DNA from: Vicinamibacterales bacterium
GTDB lineage: Bacteria > Acidobacteriota > Vicinamibacteria > Vicinamibacterales > JAMQPK01
Assembly: GCA_963738315.1 (NCBI GenBank)
Contig: CAVTVT010000003.1
Coordinates: 1,466,595-1,530,594, forward strand
Reading direction: 5' to 3'
DNA length: 64,000 bases
Below are positions 57,534 to 64,000 of this stretch, piece by piece. Position 1 is the stretch's first letter; every line of letters starts with the position of its first letter. The notes under the pieces were generated by a model, which saw only the letters and a list, made by a program, of their open reading frames with translations, had not been told where the DNA came from and did not search any database. The translations under genes were made by a program, and so were the position numbers.

Positions 57534-58386
57534 TTATGACAGAAACGCCTGAATGTACAGGATCCTTGGACGCCCGCAGCTCCTCGGCGGTCCCTTCGAA
57601 CAGCACCAGGCCGTCTTTCAGCATCAGGAACCCGGCTTCCTCCAGCTTGGCCGGGCCAGACGGTCTGAAGCCGACGCCGCCGTTCTCGGCCACCGCCTGG
57701 TGGGTGGCGACGAAGAAGGCGTCGCGCAGCTGGTGCGTCACCAGAATCGACGTCACGTCCTCGAGATCCCGGAGCTTCACGATTTCCTCGTCGATCGTGT
57801 CCGAGGTGATCGGGTCGAGGCCGGTCGTCGGCTCGTCGTAGAGGAGAATGCGCGGCTTGACCGCCATGGCGCGCGCGATGGCCACGCGGCGCCGCTGCCC
57901 GCCGGACAGCTCCGACGGCTTCCGGTCGATGAACTGCGCCAGCCGCACGAAACCCAGCACCTCCTCCACCCGGCGCCGCACATCCTCCAGCGGCAGGTCG
58001 GTCTCCTCGTACAACTTGTAGCCGACGTTCTCCGCCACCGTCAGCGAGTCGAACAACGCGCCCTCCTGGAAGACCATTCCCACGTCGGCCCGGACCTTCA
58101 TCATCTCGTTCTCGCTGAACTGATCGACCCGCTGCCCGTTCACCCAGATCTCTCCGCCATCCGGCTTCAGGAGCCCCAGAATGAGCTTGAGCGAGATCGA
58201 CTTGCCCGCTCCGCTCGCGCCCAGGATGATCTTCGTATGCCCCCGCCGCAGCGTGAAGCTGACGTCGCGGAGCACCACGGCCTCGTCGAAGGCCAGCGAC
58301 ACGTTCCTGAACGCGATCACCGGCTGGTCGGCGCCGGATGGCGGCTCCACGGGAGCCGGACGGGCGCGGTCGAGGATGGCGCTCAT
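57534..58386 (-). CDS. mlaF: ABC transporter ATP-binding protein MlaF-like (frameshift in the last ~8 codons as sequenced)
   Basis: ORF 57001..58386(-) has Walker A GASGAGKS, the signature LSGGQRRRVAIARA and Walker B ILLYDEPT. After ..ELRASKDP the family-typical ending YIQAFLS-stop (TAA 57536-57534) needs removal of one base near 57558. Confidence 0.88.
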
Positions 58387-59186
58387 GGGTACATCAGCGA
58401 GATGAGCAGCCGCGTCAGGAAGAAGTCGACCGCGAGGACTCCAACCGAGGCGGCCACCACCGCGTTCGTGGTGGCGCGGCCGACGCCCTGCGTCCCGCCG
58501 CGCGTCCGCAGCCCGACGTGGCAGCCGACGCTCACGATCACGAACCCGAGAAAGAAGGGCTTGATCAGCCCCATCCAGGCATCCTCCATGTACAGCCCGT
58601 CGGTGATCGACTTCCAGTACTGGCTCGCGGCCACCTGCAGCTGGAACACGGCGATGATGCCGCCGCCGACGATGCCGACGAAGTCGGAGATGACGGTGAG
58701 GACCGGCGCCATCAGCACGCCGGCGAGCACGCGCGGCACCACCAGCTTGCGCACCGGGTCGGTGCCGAGGGCCCGCAGCGCGTTGATCTGGTCGGTGACC
58801 ACCATCGACCCCAGCTCGGCGGCGATGCCGGATCCGACGCGTCCGGCCAGCATGAGCGCCGTCAGCACGGGGCCCAGCTCCTTCACCATCGATGCGCTCA
58901 CCAGCCGCCCCACCACCGGCCGCGCGCCGAACTGATCGAGCGTGAGGCCGCTCTGCAGCGCCAGGACCGCGCCGGTGAATACGCCGGTGAGCAGCACGAC
59001 CGTGAGCGACCCGACGCCGATCGACTCGAGCTGCTCCACCAGATCGTGCACGTAGAACGGACGGCTGAACGAGTCGCGGACGACCGCCCAGCTGAGCCTG
59101 ACGTATTCCTGAACTTCGGTGAGCGCGGATTTGAGCCAGTCCTGCAGCAGACTCAGCACGTCAGCTCCGGGTTCGCACGCCGGCAA
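58383..59186 (-). CDS. mlaE: ABC transporter permease MlaE-like
   Basis: ORF 58383..59186(-) is polytopic and contains [42 protein letters not shown]. The start is TTG at 59186 or GTG at 59159. It overlaps the uvrB 3' end. Confidence 0.88.
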   Translation of the reverse strand: MPACEPGADVLSLLQDWLKSALTEVQEYVRLSWAVVRDSFSRPFYVHDLVEQLESIGVGSLTVVLLTGVFTGAVLALQSGLTLDQFGARPVVGRLVSASMVKELGPVLTALMLAGRVGSGIAAELGSMVVTDQINALRALGTDPVRKLVVPRVLAGVLMAPVLTVISDFVGIVGGGIIAVFQLQVAASQYWKSITDGLYMEDAWMGLIKPFFLGFVIVSVGCHVGLRTRGGTQGVGRATTNAVVAASVGVLAVDFFLTRLLISLMYP

Positions 59187-61180
59187 GCCCGAGCTCCCGG
59201 CCTTTCAACAGCTTGATCTGATCGCGCAGCGACGCCGCCCGCTCGAAGTCGAGATTGGCGGCCGCCTGGCGCATCTGCGCCTGCAATTCTTCTATGCGCG
59301 AGTCGAGCTGATCCTGGCTCAGGAACGTCTCGCGGTCTTCGGCAACCGCCGGGACGCCGTAGTCGCGATCCCACAGATCCGTCAGCCCTTCGTCGATGGC
59401 TTTGACGATCGAGGCGGGGGTGATGCCGTGTTCCCTGTTGTAGTCCTCCTGCACCCGCCGCCGCCGCTCGGTCTCGGCGATGGCATGCCGCATCGAGTCG
59501 GTCACCGTGTCAGCATACATGATGACCTGGCCGTTCACGTTGCGCGCCGCCCTGCCGGCGGTCTGAATCAGCGACCCGGCCGACCGGAGAAACCCTTCCT
59601 TGTCGGCGTCCAGGATCGCCACGAGCGACACCTCGGGCAGATCGAGGCCCTCCCGCAGCAGGTTGATCCCGACGAGCACGTCGAACACGCCGAGACGCAG
59701 GTCGCGCAGGATCTGGATGCGCTCGAGCGTCTCGATCTCGGAGTGCAGGTACCGTACCTTCACCCCGAGCTCCTGGTAGTACCTGTGTCAGGTCCTCGGC
59801 CATGCGTTTCGTCAGCGTGGTGACGAGGACGCGTGATTTCCCGGCCGCGCGAGCCCGAATCTCGCCCAGCAGGTCGTCGATCTGCCCCTTCACCGGCCGG
59901 ACGGCGATGGGCGGATCCATCAGACCCGTCGGCCGGATGATCTGCTCCACCACGATCCCCCCCGACTGTTTCAGCTCGTAGGGGCCCGGCGTGGCCGACA
60001 CGAAGATCCGCTGGCCGGCCCGCTCCTCCCACTCGGCGAAGGTCAGCGGCCGGTTGTCGAGCGCCGACGGCAGCCGGAACCCGAACTCGACCAGCACCTC
60101 CTTACGCGAACGATCGCCATGGAACATGCCGCGGATCTGCGGCACGGTCTGGTGGCTCTCGTCCACGATCATCAGCGCGTCATCGGGAAGGTAGTCGAGC
60201 AGCGTTGGCGGCGGCTCGCCTTCCTGGCGGCCCATGAGATGGCGGGCATAGTTCTCGATCCCGTGGCAGTAGCCGATCTCCTTCATCATCTCCAGGTCGA
60301 ACATCGTCCGCTGGTGCAGCCGCTGCGCCTCGAGCACCTTTCCCATCGACTCGAGCTGTCCCCGGCGCCAGACGAGCTCCTGCTTGATGGCGTCCACGGC
60401 GCGCCTGGTCTGCTCGCGGGGAGCGACGAAATGCGACTTCGGGTACACGGCGACCTTGTCGTGCCGCCTCCCGCTCTTGCCCGTGAGCGGATCGAACGAC
60501 GTCAGCGCATCGACATCGTCGCCGAAGAGCTCGATCCGGAGCGCCTGCTCCTCGTAGGAGGGATAGACTTCCACGACGTCGCCGCGCACGCGGAAGGTGC
60601 CGCGCGTGAAGTCCACGTCGTTGCGCTCGTACTGGATCTCGACGAGCTTCTTCAGGATCTGCTCGCGCGGAATGCGCTGCCCGAGCTGCAGCGGCAGGAG
60701 CATGCCGTAGTACGCCTCTGGCGACCCGAGCCCGTAGATGCAGGACACGCTCGAGACGATGATGACGTCGCGCCGTTCGAACAGCGACCGCGTGGCCGAC
60801 AGGCGGAGCCGATCGATCTCGTCGTTGATCGTGGCCTCCTTCTCGATGTACGAGTCGGTGGCGGGCACGTAGGCTTCCGGCTGGTAGTAGTCGTAGTAGC
60901 TGACGAAGTACTCGACGGCGTTCCGGGGGAAGAAGCGCCGGAACTCCTGGTAGAGCTGTGCGGCGAGCGTCTTGTTGTGCACCATCACCAGCGTCGGCCG
61001 GTTCATCCGCGCGATGACCTGCGCCATCGTGAACGTCTTGCCCGAGCCGGTGACCCCGAGCAGCACCTGGCTCTGGTCGCGGCGGTTCAATCCCTCGACG
61101 AGCTCGGCGATGGCATTGGCCTGGTCGCCGGCGAGGTCGAAGTCACTGACGAGCGTGAAGCGATCGTGAACGGACGGCAT
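59161..61180 (-). pseudogene. uvrB: excinuclease ABC subunit B, one frameshift as sequenced
   Basis: [38 protein letters not shown] is in ORF 59510..61345, starting at ATG 61180. It continues [25 protein letters not shown] domain [24 protein letters not shown] in ORF 59161..59763. The junction lies near 59788. Confidence 0.9.
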
Positions 61181-61215
61181 GGTCGGCGCTGCCTGAACAG
61201 AACATCGTACTACAG

Positions 61216-61236
61216 GGTTCAAGGTTCGGGGTTCGG
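61216..61236. repeat. three tandem heptamers GGTTCAA GGTTCGG GGTTCGG
   Basis: Read directly from the sequence. They lie 36-56 nt upstream of the uvrB start, in the uvrB / DHH-gene divergent intergenic region. Confidence 0.8.
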
Positions 61237-61309
61237 GGACGCGACGCCGTCGCCGTTCACGGCGGTCCTGCAGGCGGTCTGGAGAGCCGATAACCAGCGC
61301 CGGCCCGGA

Positions 61310-61332
61310 GCGCCGGCCGCCGCGGCCGGCGC
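61310..61332. other. perfect 9-bp GC hairpin / palindrome GCGCCGGCC-gccgc-GGCCGGCGC
   Basis: Read directly from the sequence. It is not followed by a T-tract on either strand, so it is not called a terminator. Confidence 0.7.
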
Positions 61333-61338
61333 CAGAAA

Positions 61339-61367
61339 TAGGCATGAACGCCTAAGCGGCGTATAAT
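61339..61367 (+). promoter_or_regulatory. promoter candidate for the DHH phosphoesterase gene
   Basis: A perfect -10 TATAAT (61362-61367) with a weak -35 TAGGCA (61339-61344) at 17-nt spacing. It lies about 33 nt upstream of ATG 61400. Confidence 0.4.
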
Positions 61368-61399
61368 CGTTGGTTTACAGCGATACTCATGAGCCACAT

Positions 61400-62833
61400 A
61401 TGAGGTGTCTGGCCGTCTGCCAAGACGAACTGGTCATCAGAATGCTCGATCAGATTCTGGCGCCCAGCATCGAGGTCGAGTTTCTCGTCGAGAGCCGCGC
61501 GCTCGCGCGCAAGCTGCAAGCCGACGATCTGCCGGTCAAAGCCGGCGAGGTGCTCCGCATCGACACCTACATCAAGGCCGATATCTCGCCCCAGACGATC
61601 ATCCTCATCGAAGACACCGGCAAGCGGAACCTGCCCAAGGTCATCGACGCGATCCGCGACGCCGGGGGCGTGCTGATCTACGTGCTGGGCGTCGGGACGG
61701 CGGACCGCGGCCAGCGCAGCGAGACGGTCCGCGCGCAGTTCCCCGACGTCACGTACCTCTCGCTCTCGGAGCTCTTCGAGGCGCCGCTCCTCACCGAGTT
61801 CAGCCGATCGCTGACCCGGGCCCGCGTCCAGCAGTACCAGCGGTATCTCAGCGACGCGGATCGCGTGCTGATCCTCCTGCACAACGAACCGGACCCCGAC
61901 GCGATGGCGAGCGGCCTCGCCCTCCGGGCGCTGCTCCACCGCACGAAGGTCACGGCCGTCATCGCCGCCCTCGAGGGCGTCACGCGGCCCGAGAACCTGC
62001 GGATGGCGAACCTCCTGGATATCACGGTCGAGACGATCGCGCCCGACGCCATCGATGCCTTCGACCGGATCGCCATGGTGGATGTGCAGCCGCACTACTT
62101 CAACGGCATCCTGGATCGCGTGGATCTCGTCATCGACCACCATCCCGAGCAGCACGGGTACAACGCCGTATTCAAGGACATCCGCGAAGACTACGGATCG
62201 ACCTCCACGATCCTCACCGAGCACCTGCGCGCGGTGGACGCGGACATTTCCGAGCGCGTGGCCACGGCGATGCTCTACGCGATCAAGTCGGACACGCTGT
62301 TTTTCAACCGTCAGGCGAACCGCGTCGACATCGAGGCCTTTTCGTACCTCTACCCGCTCGCCGACGCGACGCTCATCCGACGCATGGAGGGCGCCGAGAT
62401 CACCGCCGAGCGCCTGCACTTCATCGTGAAGGCCACCGAGCTCGGCCGGATGCAGGACCAGGTCTTTGCGGCGTTCATCGGCGAGCTGCCGCGCGAAGAC
62501 GTCATTCCCTACATGGCCGACTTCTTCCTGCAGCTCGAGGATATCCGTTGGACGGCGATCAGCGGCTTCGTGAACGGATCGTTCGTGATGTCGGTGCGCA
62601 ACCTCGGCTACGCGCGCAACGCCGGCGACTTCGTCCGCCGCTACTTCGCCGACATCGGATCGGCAGGCGGCCACCGGGCCATGGCCAAGGCCGTCGTGCC
62701 GCGCGATGCGTTTCGCGATCGGTTCGGCGACCTGGACGCGCCGCAGATTACCGACAAGATCCACGAGATGATCGGCCAGTTCCTGCGCGAGTGCGCGCCG
62801 GACAAGAAGCGCGAACCGGTCGGGAGCCACTGA
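61400..62833 (+). CDS. DHH/DHHA1-family phosphoesterase (NrnA-like) with extra ~150-aa N-terminal domain
   Basis: Within ORF 61370..62833(+), starting at MRCLAVCQDE. It has the DHH motifs LLHNEPDPDAMAS and VIDHH, and a DHHA1 GGGH-like GSAGGHRAMA. The N-terminal 150 aa resemble a small Rossmann/receiver-like fold of unknown role. Confidence 0.8.
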   Translation: MRCLAVCQDELVIRMLDQILAPSIEVEFLVESRALARKLQADDLPVKAGEVLRIDTYIKADISPQTIILIEDTGKRNLPKVIDAIRDAGGVLIYVLGVGTADRGQRSETVRAQFPDVTYLSLSELFEAPLLTEFSRSLTRARVQQYQRYLSDADRVLILLHNEPDPDAMASGLALRALLHRTKVTAVIAALEGVTRPENLRMANLLDITVETIAPDAIDAFDRIAMVDVQPHYFNGILDRVDLVIDHHPEQHGYNAVFKDIREDYGSTSTILTEHLRAVDADISERVATAMLYAIKSDTLFFNRQANRVDIEAFSYLYPLADATLIRRMEGAEITAERLHFIVKATELGRMQDQVFAAFIGELPREDVIPYMADFFLQLEDIRWTAISGFVNGSFVMSVRNLGYARNAGDFVRRYFADIGSAGGHRAMAKAVVPRDAFRDRFGDLDAPQITDKIHEMIGQFLRECAPDKKREPVGSH

Positions 62834-62860
62834 GGCGCTCCCCGGCCCGCCAGGCGGCAC

Positions 62861-64000
62861 TCAGCTCGCCGGCTCGAGTTGATCGATGAACTGCCGGTAG
62901 GCGTCCTGGTAGCCGCGATCGACGAGCTCCTCCACCCGCTGAAATCTGTCGGATCGCTCGTCGTACACGCCGTCGAGGTCCAGCGGCCGGATGGGATTGT
63001 GCGTCGGCTGGACGACGAAGATCCGGGCGAACCGCCCGGCGTGCATCGCCACCGCACCACGCAGCGCCGTCGCCTCCGCCGCGGACAGGTACTCGGCCAC
63101 CCGGCCGTGCAGCCCGCCGGCCGGCCGCGAGAGGCGGTGCGGAGCCGACCGATCGTCCGAGGCCGCCACGACGATGACCTGCTCGACCCCGGCGACCGCC
63201 AGCTCGTGCAGGAGACGGCCGACCCCTGACGGAGAGTCGCAGATACGGTGCGTCTCCCCCTTCCAGTAGCTCTCGGGCGAGAACACCACCGGGTGCGGGT
63301 CGGTCACGACCGCCAGACTCAGCGCGCCGGCCAACGCATCGACGACGTGCACCCGCCCAACCCCGGCGAGATCCACGAGATCGCCAGGACGCTCGGGCCC
63401 GGACCGGGCGGCTTTGCTGCCGCGTCCGCCGGACTCCCGCTCCCGGTGGAAGAAGGCATCGCGCCGCGGCTCGGCCACGAGCGCGAACACCAAATCGCTG
63501 CGGCTCTCCAGATCGAGCGTGGTGACAATGAGCTCCCGGAACCCGGGTTGCCCCAGGTTCTCCGTCAGCAATTCGACGTACCGGCGGCTCAAGTCCAGCC
63601 GCGAGCCGGCACGGCCTCCGGTCGCGCCGAGGAAGATCTCCCAGAGCCCGCGCTGATAGTGCGCCACGGCGGGGTCGGCGCTCCACAGCGCGCCGACGAG
63701 CCGGCCCCACCACGGCCGGCGCCGGCGTCCGCCCCGCGCATCCCGCTCCGGCGTCGGCTGGCGGAAGGCCGAGGCCGCGAGCGTGAGTGCGGCTGCCGCC
63801 AGCAAGAGCGTTGTCAGCCGCGGGATCAGCGTCGGCAAGGCCTGCGGCGCGAACGCGCGCGACACGGCTGCCGCATAGGCATCGGCCATTCTGCGGCCGG
63901 CATCCGCGTCGACCATCTGCACGAGGAACGCGGCGGGATAGGCGAGCAGCCCGGTGGCTATCACCAACAGGGGAACGACGAGCGCCGCCGCGGCGGCCAG
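62861..64000 (-). CDS. hypothetical membrane-associated protein (5' end probably beyond the right window edge)
   Basis: ORF 62861..63967(-). The frame stays open to position 64000 (..LAAAAALVVPLLVIATGLL), with hydrophobic N-terminal segments. I could not support any catalytic motif. TTG at 63967 is a possible internal start. Confidence 0.5.
   Translation of the reverse strand: MAAAAALVVPLLVIATGLLAYPAAFLVQMVDADAGRRMADAYAAAVSRAFAPQALPTLIPRLTTLLLAAAALTLAASAFRQPTPERDARGGRRRRPWWGRLVGALWSADPAVAHYQRGLWEIFLGATGGRAGSRLDLSRRYVELLTENLGQPGFRELIVTTLDLESRSDLVFALVAEPRRDAFFHRERESGGRGSKAARSGPERPGDLVDLAGVGRVHVVDALAGALSLAVVTDPHPVVFSPESYWKGETHRICDSPSGVGRLLHELAVAGVEQVIVVAASDDRSAPHRLSRPAGGLHGRVAEYLSAAEATALRGAVAMHAGRFARIFVVQPTHNPIRPLDLDGVYDERSDRFQRVEELVDRGYQDAYRQFIDQLEPAS

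Overview
GC-rich bacterial chromosomal DNA. The protein families present (SpoIVB/S55 peptidase, DUF3467, several ECF sigma modules) and the GC-biased codon usage suggest Acidobacteriota or a similar soil lineage, but this is inference only. I count about 60 protein genes and 2 tRNAs (Gly-CCC, Val-CAC), and saw no CRISPR array, transposase, integrase or phage genes. The content is core housekeeping, in this order: coaD-rsmD-recG; an ECF sigma/anti-sigma module; lexA-DUF3467-nth-rsmA-rnj-ftsK-amidase; pepA; a 10.7-kb minus-strand aromatic amino-acid supraoperon (aroD/E fusion, trpEGDCFBA, chorismate mutase, DAHP synthase, prephenate dehydrogenase, an MPN/JAMM protein); an S55 peptidase plus beta-propeller pair; a second ECF module; a TPR protein; a ~1000-aa sigma-54 activator followed by two ABC permeases; aroC-def-fmt-rsmB-PASTA-rpe-thioesterase-epimerase-bamD; pgsA; a sugar-nucleotide pair; deoC, hpt, an amidohydrolase, upp; and uvrB-mlaEFD. 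The most interesting finding is an uncalled 39-codon leader ORF (26764..26645, minus strand) containing F-A-F-G-W-W-Y-Y. It is followed by mutually exclusive antiterminator and terminator helices that abut the aroD/E start codon, which looks like a ribosome-mediated attenuator able to sense Phe, Trp and Tyr together. The second major observation is that at least ~25 frameshifts and one in-frame TAG break conserved genes (recG, rnj, ftsK, amidase, rsmB, uvrB, hpt and others). These disruptions are strongly clustered: dense in 1-13.5 kb, none detected in 13.6-41.4 kb, sparse in 41.4-61.2 kb. That pattern looks more like uneven consensus quality than biology and must be checked before any pseudogene claim. 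All calls rest on reading the sequence and ORF track by eye; no database search was run.
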